Source: an uncultured Bacillales bacterium
Lineage (GTDB): Bacteria > Bacillota_I > Bacilli_A > RFN20 > CAG-449
Direction of reading: 5' to 3'
Length of the DNA: 64,000 nucleotides
NCBI GenBank assembly: GCA_946641515.1
Contig: CAMPBT010000002.1
Coordinates: 43,890-107,889, forward strand
Below, piece after piece: positions 19,086-30,000 of this stretch (its first letter is position 1; each line of letters opens with the position of its first letter). A program made the position numbers and the translations under genes. The notes under the pieces were generated by a model. The model made no database searches. It was not told the DNA's origin and saw only the letters and a program-made list of their open reading frames with translations.

Positions 19086-20660
19086 ATGAAAATAATTAAA
19101 TTTCTATTCAAATTTATTTTAATACTACTTTTAGTAGTAGTCATTTTAGTAGGAGGCAGTGCTGCGTTCCTCTTCTTCTCAACTAGAGATACAGTAGATA
19201 ATACACCAGAAGAAGTAAGGAAAAATAACTACTCTACTACTCAAGTTATCCATAATCAAATGACTACAAATTTACGTTCAGAAGACACTGATTTAAAAAT
19301 CAATTTTGACGCATTAACATTAAATTATTTAGTATATGGATTTATTCAAAATTTAAAAATTCCTCAAGTCACTTTAAAAGGTGCATATGCAGAATTTGAT
19401 GAAGAAAATAATCTCTATATCGAATTACCTGTCAAAGCTTCTTTCCACGACACATCATTAAAGCTTAGACTCGGCGCTAAAGAAGAAAATCGTAATTTCA
19501 CATTTACTCTTAAAGAAGCAAAAATTGGTAATTTAAGTGCATTTAACTTTATTACTGAATGGGCACTTAACCAATATGTTTCAGAAGATAATTTAGAAAA
19601 AACATTAGCAAGTCGAAATATCACTTGTGACATTAGTTTAAAAGATAAAACAATTACTTTTACTAAAGATAATTTACTTAAATTTATGGATAAAGCTTTA
19701 GCAAGTGTAGAAAATGCAGATTTATATAAGTTATTAATTAAATATGCATTAGAAAAGGAAGATGTTATCTCCTTTAACTTAGGTAAAGATAAATCATTAG
19801 GCTTCACCTTATTAATGGATTCAATTAAATATGATGCAGCTACTCAAGGTACTCTATATTCTCAAATTGATTATTCAACTTTAAATACATTAGTCTCTAA
19901 TTCATTAAAAGAAGTTCCAGGCAAATTTAATCCAGATAATATTGATGCGTTATATAAATATTATTTAAGAGGTTATGGATCATTAAATGATGAAGAAAAG
20001 ACACAATTAAAAAATACAGGTGCTACTATCAATGAATCAAATGCACCAATGATTGAAGATGAATCTAACGCAGTTAAAGAAGAAATTATTTCAAAAGATA
20101 TCACACCAGCAGAAGCTGCTAACGCAGTTCTAACTGGTACATTTGATATAGAAGTTTCAGAAGAATCATTCAATAAATCAATTTCAAATAATGACATTAT
20201 TGGTAAAGGCAAATCATTTGTAAGTTATGATGGTCTACTTTCTTCTTCTATCAGTGTTGAATCTATGTATGTTGATATTAACAAAGATGAATTAGACTTA
20301 AGACTTGTCATTAACTTAGGTGGTAGAAGAGTATCTATCTTAATGGATATGACTGCTCCTAGTACTACATCTACTTCATCAATGAAGATTACTGGTAATA
20401 TTAACAACTTATCATTAGGTAGAGTTGCATTTAATGAAGAAGATCAAAAAACATTATTAGCATTCATAAAAAATGCCAATACCCTTTCTTATTTAGGCAT
20501 TGATGATAGCACTCGTTCAGTTACTATTGATCTTGCCGAATTTATTGGAGATGAATCTTCTAACCCAGGTTTAGCGTTCGTTATGAATCACCTAGGTAAA
20601 AAGACAGTAGAATTTACTGAAAATAATACTCTAAAAATTACTTTCGCAAAATCTTTATAA
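19086..20660 (+). CDS. Membrane-anchored hypothetical protein with two similar beta-rich domains (YpmS/DUF2140-like)
   Basis: N-terminal TM; both halves show I-x-F/V...LN...AKIGNL / LSLGRV patterns. Confidence 0.6.
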   Translation: MKIIKFLFKFILILLLVVVILVGGSAAFLFFSTRDTVDNTPEEVRKNNYSTTQVIHNQMTTNLRSEDTDLKINFDALTLNYLVYGFIQNLKIPQVTLKGAYAEFDEENNLYIELPVKASFHDTSLKLRLGAKEENRNFTFTLKEAKIGNLSAFNFITEWALNQYVSEDNLEKTLASRNITCDISLKDKTITFTKDNLLKFMDKALASVENADLYKLLIKYALEKEDVISFNLGKDKSLGFTLLMDSIKYDAATQGTLYSQIDYSTLNTLVSNSLKEVPGKFNPDNIDALYKYYLRGYGSLNDEEKTQLKNTGATINESNAPMIEDESNAVKEEIISKDITPAEAANAVLTGTFDIEVSEESFNKSISNNDIIGKGKSFVSYDGLLSSSISVESMYVDINKDELDLRLVINLGGRRVSILMDMTAPSTTSTSSMKITGNINNLSLGRVAFNEEDQKTLLAFIKNANTLSYLGIDDSTRSVTIDLAEFIGDESSNPGLAFVMNHLGKKTVEFTENNTLKITFAKSL

Positions 20661-20682
20661 ACTCGACTATATAAGCATAATA

Positions 20683-20737
20683 AAACACCCTATGAACAAT
20701 GAACTGAACCCCGTTTAGTTCATAAGCATAGAGTGTT
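20683..20737. terminator. Long hairpin / bidirectional terminator between convergent genes
   Basis: AACACCCTATG...CATAGAGTGTT outer stem with an inner ATGAACTGAAC/GTTTAGTTCAT stem, flanked by A- and T-runs. Confidence 0.65.
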
Positions 20738-20743
20738 TTCTTT

Positions 20744-21367
20744 TTAATTAACTTTTTTCCCGCAATGAGGACAAAATGATACTTCTTTATTAAGAGTATT
20801 TCCACAGTTAGGACAAATCTTAGTTCTACCTGTATCATATGGATGATTTTCAAAGAGGTGATTAGATTTATTAAATTCAGGTTCAATCTCTGCTCTAACT
20901 GGTAAATCGTTAATTGCAGGTATATCTAAACATGCTTTATTTTTATAAACAATAATAGGACAAGATAAATTGACCATTAAGTGTTCTCCAACTGATTTAT
21001 TTACAGTAGTTACTAAAATTGCTCTATCTCCGTAACTAGTCATATAATCAATTTTAATTTTATAGAAGACATTATTTCCATTACTAGAAGACACCAATTT
21101 TTCTTTTAAAACTACTATGCCTTTTGATTCTTCTCCGTTCAATCTAATTCTTCTAGTAGCCATTACACCAATTATTGAATAGATAATAGTAAGTACACCA
21201 GATGCTGCCATAAGAATACAAAAAATAAATTCACCAAGACCTGTATTTTCTGAACCAGAATGATCAAAATAAGAAATAATTAAAGAAATAATAAAAGCTA
21301 ACGCGACAAATATAATACCAAAAATAATCCCTGCAACTGAGCCAAATTGTTTATATTCTTTTTTCAT
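20744..21367 (-). CDS. Membrane protein with 2 TM segments, a DUF3592-like domain and a C-terminal zinc ribbon
   Basis: CPNCG...FCPHCG at the C-terminus. Confidence 0.75.
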   Translation of the reverse strand: MKKEYKQFGSVAGIIFGIIFVALAFIISLIISYFDHSGSENTGLGEFIFCILMAASGVLTIIYSIIGVMATRRIRLNGEESKGIVVLKEKLVSSSNGNNVFYKIKIDYMTSYGDRAILVTTVNKSVGEHLMVNLSCPIIVYKNKACLDIPAINDLPVRAEIEPEFNKSNHLFENHPYDTGRTKICPNCGNTLNKEVSFCPHCGKKVN

Positions 21368-21441
21368 AGAACTCCCCTTTCTATTAAATGCCTAAAAAGA
21401 ATATACCATAATTAAGAAAAAAAGACACATATAAATGTGTC

Positions 21442-22458
21442 TTACATTCCAAAATTATTGAAATTGTTCATATTATTCATATCATTCAATTGATTCATCT
21501 GTTGATTCATTTGATCCATCTGTTGGTTCATCATTTCCATCTGCTGCATTTGTTGATTCATTTGTTCCATCTGTTGGTTCATCTGTTCCATCTGCTGCAT
21601 TTGTTGATTCATTTGTTCCATTTGTTGGTTAATCATTTCAACTTGTTGCATTTGCTGCACCTGCTGATTAAATTGATCAATTTGTTGTTGCTGCATCTGC
21701 TGATTAATTTGTTCAATTTGTTGTTGCTGTATTTGTTGATTCATCTGCTCAACCTGCTGTTGAGAAAGTAGATTCATTTGTTCTAGTTGTTGACGCATTT
21801 GATCTTGAACCATTAATTGTTGTTGGAATAATTGTTGTTGCTGCGTTAAATCAAAGTCTTGATTATTAGCCTTTGCTTTATTATCCATTACTTTTATTTT
21901 ATGTTCAATAATTGCGGCTTCTTTTTGTAATTCTCTAAGCTTTAAGCAATCTGCTTTAAAGATTTTTCCTTTACGCTTCACTTCTTCCATCATAGGTTTT
22001 AATTTTTGAAGTTTTCTTCTATAAATGCTATTAAAGATTCCTGATATAAGAGCAAATACAAACGCTCCACCTATTGCATAAGCAAAATATGTATATTGTA
22101 AGTGAATAGGATTAATAATGCCATATACTAATAAGCCAAAGAAGCTAAGTACGCATAAAGTTGCAAGTACTCTAAAGATTTTACTAATGATATTAAATTT
22201 CTTTGCCTTCTTTGATTTAGACATTACTTCATCCATCAATTTATTGAATTTTTTAACATCAATTTTTTCTGAATAAGTTTTTGAAATCTTAGAACTAGAC
22301 GCATTACTTGCAGCCTTTCTTTTAGCGACTCTTTTCTTATATTTGATATTTTTTATTATACCTACAACAATTGTTAATAAAATAAGTACGGCAAATCCAC
22401 ACATTATAATTAAGCCAATTGTTCTTTCATCAAAATTTATACCGCTGCCTGAATCCAT
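21442..22458 (-). CDS. Membrane protein (3 TM) with a Gln/Met/Asn-rich low-complexity C-terminus
   Basis: ATG 22458 with RBS GAGGGAG; tail of QQMQQMEQMN-type repeats. Confidence 0.8.
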   Translation of the reverse strand: MDSGSGINFDERTIGLIIMCGFAVLILLTIVVGIIKNIKYKKRVAKRKAASNASSSKISKTYSEKIDVKKFNKLMDEVMSKSKKAKKFNIISKIFRVLATLCVLSFFGLLVYGIINPIHLQYTYFAYAIGGAFVFALISGIFNSIYRRKLQKLKPMMEEVKRKGKIFKADCLKLRELQKEAAIIEHKIKVMDNKAKANNQDFDLTQQQQLFQQQLMVQDQMRQQLEQMNLLSQQQVEQMNQQIQQQQIEQINQQMQQQQIDQFNQQVQQMQQVEMINQQMEQMNQQMQQMEQMNQQMEQMNQQMQQMEMMNQQMDQMNQQMNQLNDMNNMNNFNNFGM

Positions 22459-22543
22459 TATTTTTTCTCCCTCGTATTTAAAATTATAATACCATATTTG
22501 CCCCAACAAATAATATATAAAATTCTTAATTAACTTAGTAAAG

Positions 22544-23200
22544 TTATCTAAGATAATCTTCACAATTATCAAATAATTTTTTAATTTCATTAAACGCTCT
22601 AGAACAAGGTTCTCCGTCCACAAACATATGATTAACTGTAATATTTAATAAGAAAACTATTTTACCGTTTTCTTCTCTATATTTATCCCAGCAAATACGA
22701 GGAACGGATAAGCTCTCTAAATCTTTACTTGGTAAAGGATGAGTCATTCCTTCCATGCTTAACCAAGGAATACAAGTCATATAATAATATGAATAATCAT
22801 TAGTATTATATTCTTTATCTAGATGTTCTCCTCTTTTTACTTCTTCAATTAATGTATGAGTAGCATAGTAGAATTCTTTATAATCATCATTCCATTTTGC
22901 TCTAGCATTTGCAAAGATTCCTTTATTAGTCATAACGGTAAAGGCAGGATTAATTTCTTCATATAATCTAATTTCTTCGCCTGACAATCTAATTCTCATT
23001 TCTTCAACTAAAGAACATCCTTTAGTAATTAGATATAAGACATTAATAAAAAATGAGGTTTTAGTTTTATGAGAATATTCTAGCACCTTAGTTACATCCA
23101 TCTTTACATTAAAAGAAAAACATGGATTTTCAAATGTTTTAAACCAATTATAGGCTTCAATATTTTTTAAATCTTCAACTTTTAATACTCTGTAAGACAT
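22544..23200 (-). CDS. Chloramphenicol acetyltransferase-family (CatA-like) O-acetyltransferase
   Basis: TCIPWL, PRICWDKY and catalytic VNHMFVDG (HxxxDG); 218 aa. Confidence 0.85.
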   Translation of the reverse strand: MSYRVLKVEDLKNIEAYNWFKTFENPCFSFNVKMDVTKVLEYSHKTKTSFFINVLYLITKGCSLVEEMRIRLSGEEIRLYEEINPAFTVMTNKGIFANARAKWNDDYKEFYYATHTLIEEVKRGEHLDKEYNTNDYSYYYMTCIPWLSMEGMTHPLPSKDLESLSVPRICWDKYREENGKIVFLLNITVNHMFVDGEPCSRAFNEIKKLFDNCEDYLR

Positions 23201-23445
23201 TATTTTACCTTGCTTTCTATTTCTACTAACTCAAAACGATATTTTTGAGTAACACTTGGATATTTATTATGATCTACTTCACTTAAAAACATCTCTTTAG
23301 GTCTAACCCATAAAGAACCATCTTCATATAATCTTCTATAAATAACCATATCTTCTTTAGTTTCAGAATCTTTCGCGACTCCTTCTACTACATAATAATT
23401 ACCTTTAAATTGTTTATAAACTCTTCCAATAATTAACTGATTCAT
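23200..23445 (-). CDS. DUF1653 protein
   Basis: YKQFKGNYY...AKDSET...VIYRRLY...WVRPKEMFLSEVD...QKYRF. Confidence 0.9.
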   Translation of the reverse strand: MNQLIIGRVYKQFKGNYYVVEGVAKDSETKEDMVIYRRLYEDGSLWVRPKEMFLSEVDHNKYPSVTQKYRFELVEIESKVK

Positions 23446-23509
23446 AATCTTCTCCTTGCATATAAATATTAATACAATACGAAAAATTACTCGATAAGAA
23501 TATTCTTAT

Positions 23510-26500
23510 TTATCGATTTTTAATTGAATCAATCGGTGACTTGTTCGCGATTCGATAAACCGGAATTAAAGAAGACAAAACTGATGTAACTATCGATACG
23601 ACTAATAAAATAAGAACTATCAACACACCAGGTTTCATTAATTCAAAAGGTATACCAATAGAAATAATTCTATCATTTAAGAATATTGCAAAAGTAAAGA
23701 CAAGGATAGTTGATAAAACAAAATTAATTGAAGATATAATAAAGGCTTCTGAATAGAAAATTTTAAAAACATCACTTCTTTTTGTACCTAGCGCACGTAA
23801 AATACCAATTTCTCTCTTCTTATTACTAATAGAAATCGAAATAAAATTATAAAATAACGCCATACTAAAGAAAGCAAGTCCAATACTTGAAATAGTACAT
23901 ATTTCAGTAAGAGATTCAAGTAATGTTCCAGCATAATCAACTTGAAGCAAAGTCTTATTCTCTTGACTTAATTTAAATTCTCCATAATCTGCTTTATCAA
24001 ATTTCTTAAGTAAAGAATAATAATAGTTAAAGAAGGATGAAGCATTATTATAATCTTTATCAAAAATAACCAAAGCGTTTTTAGATCCTGCTACTAAAGA
24101 ATATTTATCAAGTTCATCTTGAAGCAAATCCATAGTAGATTCTTTAACTCCATAAGCATCTTTATCGATGGAAAAATCAAGTCCTACAATCTTATACATA
24201 CCATTAAAAGAAGATTTTACATCTTGATTAGTCTTTAAGTCATAATAAACAAAATCTTTAAATTCTAAATAAACATCATTATTATTAAATTCACTTGCAT
24301 CAACTTGATTTAAGATTTCATAAAAATAATTAGTTCTAATATTATTAAATTCGGCAGTATATCTTCCAAAATCCCTATCACTTAAAGTTGATGATGTTAA
24401 AATATCTACCATTGCATTAACTTTAGAATAAATAGATACACTATTTCCTAGGTATATTTTATAGAATGAATCATTTTTAAATTCTTCATAAAAGCTCTCA
24501 TAATTACTTGTCGAGTAATCAAGCGCTAAACTACGATTTAATCGATAATACAAATTCTTAAATTCTTCTAATGTGAAAGGATATTTATTATTAAAGCTTT
24601 CTAGACAATCATTAAAAGCTTTACGATAATAAGAATAATAAACTGATGTTAAATCTGCATTATCTTTATTTTCAAGTAAGAAATGATGATTAATATAAGT
24701 CATAAAGACATTATATTTATCTTCATTAGTTAATGAAGAATAATCATAAACTCCTTTAGACACTTCTCCAACATGAGGTGAGTAATCATAATCTTCATTT
24801 TCTTTCCTAAATAAATCTAAATCATTATTAAAGAAATCTAAATATAAATTATATGCTGTCTTATATGCACTAGCTTTATAAACATGTTCGACAATTTCTC
24901 CTCGATTAGTTAAAGAAGAAAAATGGTAATCAGTTGATGAAGATAATGATGGTTTTGCTCCTTCAAAAGTCATCTCAAAATCACGAACTACATTTGTATC
25001 AAGCGCAAATGAATTAATGTAAGTTAATGGATTAACCACTATATCTTTATCACCTAATTCTTTTTGAGATTTATCAAAGAATAAAATCTTATCATGTTCA
25101 GGATAATAACCAAGCTTATTCATAGAATAATAAGTGGTTTGATTATCTTCACTTAAGAAATCTGTTCTAGTTATTCCTTCTCTATCTTTAGACACAGCCT
25201 TTTCATCTTCTCCAATATAAATTAAAGAATATTTGCTTGGTTTAGTCGTTAAATTATACAAATTATTCTGTTCACTTGAAGATCTATCATAAATTGATAA
25301 GTAACGATATTCTTCATACTCTTCTCCTAAAGCAATATCTAAAATACCAACGATATTCATTCTTGTAATATTTTTAGTAACATTATTAATTGATAAGAAT
25401 AATGGAGTATTAATAACATCATTATAATTAATAGTCTTTGGAGAATAATGTTTCTCTCCATTTTCAAAGCCGAAATCATAATATCCTAGATATTCATTAT
25501 ATGTAATTAAGCATTCGCTGCTAGAAGTTGGTAAACGTCCTGCTAAAAGACGATATGGAGTATTATCTAAAGATGATAAAGTAACTGCTCCAGTAGGTTT
25601 ATAAACATGGTAAATATCATTCTTATTATCATAAGGGAAATAACCAACTACATCATTAATTTCTACCACATTACAACCAGTTTGATTTTTCATGTTCTCA
25701 ATTTCTTCACTAGAAAAAACTTCATAACGATATGAATAATTATTTTTATCTTGTTTAGGGGTCTTAGTAACAATTAAATCAGTAATATTTTGTTCTTTGA
25801 ATGTACTCGTTGCAGCATCAATTAAATCAAACATACCTAAAGTAATTGCAGTAGCAAATAATCCAAAAGCAATAGTAGAAAGAAATATTGTCATAATTAA
25901 TCTAAAAGGCTTAACTTTTAAAGATTTCGCACCCATTCTTAAAGCATTAAATAAAGTGAATTTAGATGATATTAAATTAATGCTCTTTTTACTTTCTTTA
26001 ATTTCCTTTTCATTAGTAGGTAAAAAGCTATGTTGTTTAGATAAATCAATTCCTCCATCATTTGTCGTAATGTAAGTATCATTATCATTACATTCAATAG
26101 TAGCCTTAATTAATTCAATGTCTTCGCTTGTTAATTTATGTCCCTTTCCAATTTTTAAAGTATTATCTCCAATAATAAGGATTCCATTATAGTCATATTC
26201 ACTTGAAGAAGTTTTAGTAATATCAGATATTACTTGTCCATCTTTAAGTTCTATAACTCTATCACCATAATTTTCTGCAAATTCTCTATCATGAGAAACA
26301 ATAATTACTAATTTATCTTTAGATAACTTTTTTAAGGTATCAAAGACCTGTTTACCAGTATTTGAGTCCAGTGCACCTGTAGGTTCATCACCAAAAATGA
26401 TTTGGGGATCCTTTACAAGGGCTCTAGCAATCGCAACTCTTTGTTTTTGTCCTCCTGATAGTTCATTAGGTTTTCGTTCTCCAAAACCTTTTAAATCAAC

Positions 26501-26881
26501 CTTTTCTAAGATATTATCAACAACACCTTCATTAACTTTTTTATGTTGAAGCTGTAAAGCAAGTTCAATATTCTCTCTAACTGTAAAATCATTTAAAATA
26601 TTATATTCTTGGAAAATAAAACCTAAATAAGTATTTCTATAACTATCCTTCTCAGTAGGTGAGAAATCTTTTGATGACTTACCATTAATAATAAATTCAC
26701 CTTCATCAAGTTCATCAAGTCCTCCTAGAACATTTAATAAAGTCGACTTACCAGAACCAGATTTTCCCAATATAAAAACTAACCCTTTTTCAGGGAATTT
26801 TAAGTTAATTCCATTTAAAGCGTAAATATTATCACCTTTTTTGGATTTATAAATACGCTTCAGATTTTTAACTTCTAGCAT
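23510..26881 (-). CDS. Fused ABC ATPase/FtsX-type permease (MacB-like), paralog 2
   Basis: [33 protein letters not shown]; large extracytoplasmic domain; C-terminal REIGILRALG FtsX motif. Confidence 0.92.
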   Translation of the reverse strand: MLEVKNLKRIYKSKKGDNIYALNGINLKFPEKGLVFILGKSGSGKSTLLNVLGGLDELDEGEFIINGKSSKDFSPTEKDSYRNTYLGFIFQEYNILNDFTVRENIELALQLQHKKVNEGVVDNILEKVDLKGFGERKPNELSGGQKQRVAIARALVKDPQIIFGDEPTGALDSNTGKQVFDTLKKLSKDKLVIIVSHDREFAENYGDRVIELKDGQVISDITKTSSSEYDYNGILIIGDNTLKIGKGHKLTSEDIELIKATIECNDNDTYITTNDGGIDLSKQHSFLPTNEKEIKESKKSINLISSKFTLFNALRMGAKSLKVKPFRLIMTIFLSTIAFGLFATAITLGMFDLIDAATSTFKEQNITDLIVTKTPKQDKNNYSYRYEVFSSEEIENMKNQTGCNVVEINDVVGYFPYDNKNDIYHVYKPTGAVTLSSLDNTPYRLLAGRLPTSSSECLITYNEYLGYYDFGFENGEKHYSPKTINYNDVINTPLFLSINNVTKNITRMNIVGILDIALGEEYEEYRYLSIYDRSSSEQNNLYNLTTKPSKYSLIYIGEDEKAVSKDREGITRTDFLSEDNQTTYYSMNKLGYYPEHDKILFFDKSQKELGDKDIVVNPLTYINSFALDTNVVRDFEMTFEGAKPSLSSSTDYHFSSLTNRGEIVEHVYKASAYKTAYNLYLDFFNNDLDLFRKENEDYDYSPHVGEVSKGVYDYSSLTNEDKYNVFMTYINHHFLLENKDNADLTSVYYSYYRKAFNDCLESFNNKYPFTLEEFKNLYYRLNRSLALDYSTSNYESFYEEFKNDSFYKIYLGNSVSIYSKVNAMVDILTSSTLSDRDFGRYTAEFNNIRTNYFYEILNQVDASEFNNNDVYLEFKDFVYYDLKTNQDVKSSFNGMYKIVGLDFSIDKDAYGVKESTMDLLQDELDKYSLVAGSKNALVIFDKDYNNASSFFNYYYSLLKKFDKADYGEFKLSQENKTLLQVDYAGTLLESLTEICTISSIGLAFFSMALFYNFISISISNKKREIGILRALGTKRSDVFKIFYSEAFIISSINFVLSTILVFTFAIFLNDRIISIGIPFELMKPGVLIVLILLVVSIVTSVLSSLIPVYRIANKSPIDSIKNR

Positions 26882-27000
26882 AATTATCTTCCTTTATATC
26901 TATCATATAATTTATTGATGATAATTAAAAGATGCAAAATAATTCATTAAAAAGAAAAGAACCTAGAAATTAATCTAGGTTCGTATAAATGAAATATATA

Positions 27001-30000
27001 TTATCTATTTTGAATTGCATCAATTGGTCGCTTATTAGCAATCTTAGTAACAGGTAGTAATGCTGCAAGAATTGATGTTACTAAAGATACACCTGCAATT
27101 AAACCAACTGTAAGTGGTCCAACATTCATAACTGTAAATGCTAAGCCAACACTAGTTGCAAGTCGATCATTTAAGATAATTGAAAGAGCAATTGTTGCAG
27201 CAGTTGCTAAAGCGAAGTTAATAACTGCAATAATGAATGATTCAGAATAGAAGATTTTGAATACATCACTACGTTTTGCACCAACAGCACGTAAGATACC
27301 AATTTCTCTCTTCTTATTGTTAATAGAAATTGACATGAAGTTATAGAAGAGGAACATTGAGAATATTGCAAGACCAATACCTACGTATAAGAATACTTGA
27401 GACATTGTAGTAAGGAGGGACGCTAACATATCAACTAACATAATATTAGTTTCACTAGCGCCGATTTTCCACGCTCCAACAGGTGCATTTTGATAATCAT
27501 CTAAGACACTAGCTTTATCATAATAATAATCAAAGAATTTAGAAATTTCTCCTCTATCATCACTAAATACAAGTAAGAGGTTTCTAGTACCATATCTATA
27601 TGCATTCTTTTCTTCTTCAATAGCTTGAATTGCCTCAAAATTTGCTCTATTAAATGAACCTTCGTTAGGTTCTAATGATGGATCGATACCAACAATTGTG
27701 TAATATCCATCAAATACTGAAGGAAGTTGATCACCAGTATCTTTATCCCAAGTAACATAGCTACTAAATACTAAATATACTTGTTTTGCTTCTAACCCTG
27801 TCGTATCAATATTTTCATACATTGAAGCAGTCTTAGTTTTTACAAAAGCAGTACCTTTATTAACAAAGTCGGCATATCTATTATCTTTACCTCTATATAA
27901 AATTTGACCACCTACTAAATTATAAACTGCCTCAAGTTTTTTATCTTCAGTTGTAGCATTTTCAAGTTGATTAATGACCTCTTCATCATCAGCATATTGT
28001 TCTAAGAATGATTGATAGTTCTTATAGACATATTCTTTAGCAGCCTTTTCTGCAACACTTCTTTCGCAACTATCAATTTCAGCAATTGTATATGGATGAG
28101 ATTCATCAAATGCTGCTTTTAAAGTCCAGTAGTTATTTAAAAGGTCTTCATAATATAAGCCAATTTTTGGTGTTGAATAATTTTGATATTTTTGATTAAA
28201 ATAACTATTTAATAAAGCCCACTTTTGACTATTTTCTAACGAAGCATATAAGCTATCATCATATTCATAAACTTCCTTTTGTTGTACTGGATCATATTCT
28301 TGACTCTTTACTGCAACTTTATTATAATTCTCATCACTTTCATTGTATGCTTTAAATGCATCAAAATGATTATTATAGAAATCTTCATAATTAGCCCATA
28401 CAGTCTTATATAATGCTGCTTCATAAATTCTAGATTCTATAGTAGATCTATTTGAATTATCATCTGTTGCAAAATCTTCTGTTGCATCATAATAACTCTT
28501 AATGCCAGTAAAAGTATATTTATCATATGTTTTTTCATTACTTGAATCAGATTTTGTAAACTGACTGTAATCATTAGGTGAAACTACAATTTGCTTATCT
28601 CCAATTGAAGTATATCCGTCAAAGAAGATAACTTTATCATTGTGAGAAGGATAATATGCAACTGTATCAATACCACCAAGTTGTTCCTTATCATTAGTGT
28701 CATCTTTTTTAACATTGATATATGTGTCAAGGCTCTTATCATCTGTTTGAACAGTCTTATCTTCACCAAGATAAAAGATATTATGCTTATTTGAACTAAA
28801 CATATAATTAGAGAATTCTTTAGCAAGAGTCTCATCAATATTACCTTCAGTAGCAGTTTTTAATGCGTCATATTTAGCATCTAACTTAGTATCAACAATA
28901 CCCACGATTTTAAGATTTACTGAACCGTTATAGCCCCAGTATTCAATAGATGTGCCAATGACATCTTCATATGTACACTGGTTAGCAAGATAAGTTTTTT
29001 TACCATATTTAAAGCCAATATCTTTATAAGTGTTAAATTCATAAAGAGTAATTAAACATTCAGTACTATCTTTAGGAAGTTCACCTGCAACTAAATCAAT
29101 TTTTAGTTTTGATAAATCTTCTTCGTTCTTAACAGTAATTGAACCGTTAACGTTCTTAATGTGATAAGCATCTGTTTTAAAATTTGGAAGTAAACTAGCA
29201 TTTATATCGCCTAAAGCAAATGCATTAACATGACCTTTTTCAACAATATCTTTAATATCTTCATCTGAGAAATATTGTAATTTTTCATTGTAATTAGAAT
29301 AATCTTGCTTAACAGTCTTATTTACAACAATTTCAGTAATACCTTTGTTTTGGACTGTTGATGTTGCCGCTTCACTAGCGCCGAACATACCTAAAGTAAT
29401 AGCAGATCCGAATAATGTAAATGATACTGCAGAAAGAAGAATAGTAATACCAAGTCTAAATGGTTTAACTCTTAATGATTTACTACCCATCTTGAAAGCA
29501 TTACCTAATGTGAAATTAGATTTAATGACTTTGAATGGTTCTTTACCAGTATCAATCTTTTCGTTATTTGTAGAAATAAATTCTTCTCTATTACCAGATT
29601 TATCGATTCTAGCCGCTTCACAGATTGCATCATTAACATGACTATCTGCAGTAATATAAGCTTCAGTACCTGCTTTAGCAAGAGCAGCGTTAATAATAGG
29701 TAAGTCTGCTGCAGTTAAAGGATGGTCTTTATCAATTTTGATGACGTTTTCACCAATGATAGATAAACCAGTCTTTGTCTTTTCAGAAGCAACAGTAGTT
29801 TTACTAATATCGGAGATAACTTTACCATCTTTAAGTTCGATAACTCTGTCACCAAAGTGTTCTGCGAAATCTCTATCGTGAGAAACGATAACTACTAATT
29901 TATCTTTTGATAATTTCTTTAATGTTTCAAATACCTGTTTACCAGTATTTGAGTCAAGTGCACCTGTAGGTTCATCACCGAAAATGATCTTAGGTTCCTT

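Noticed and set aside
21490-21771. His/Leu-rich plus-strand ORF
   Set aside because: Antisense shadow of the Q/M repeats
22459-22623. N-terminal extension of the Q-rich protein given in the ORF track
   Set aside because: It overlaps the CAT gene; a good RBS supports ATG 22458
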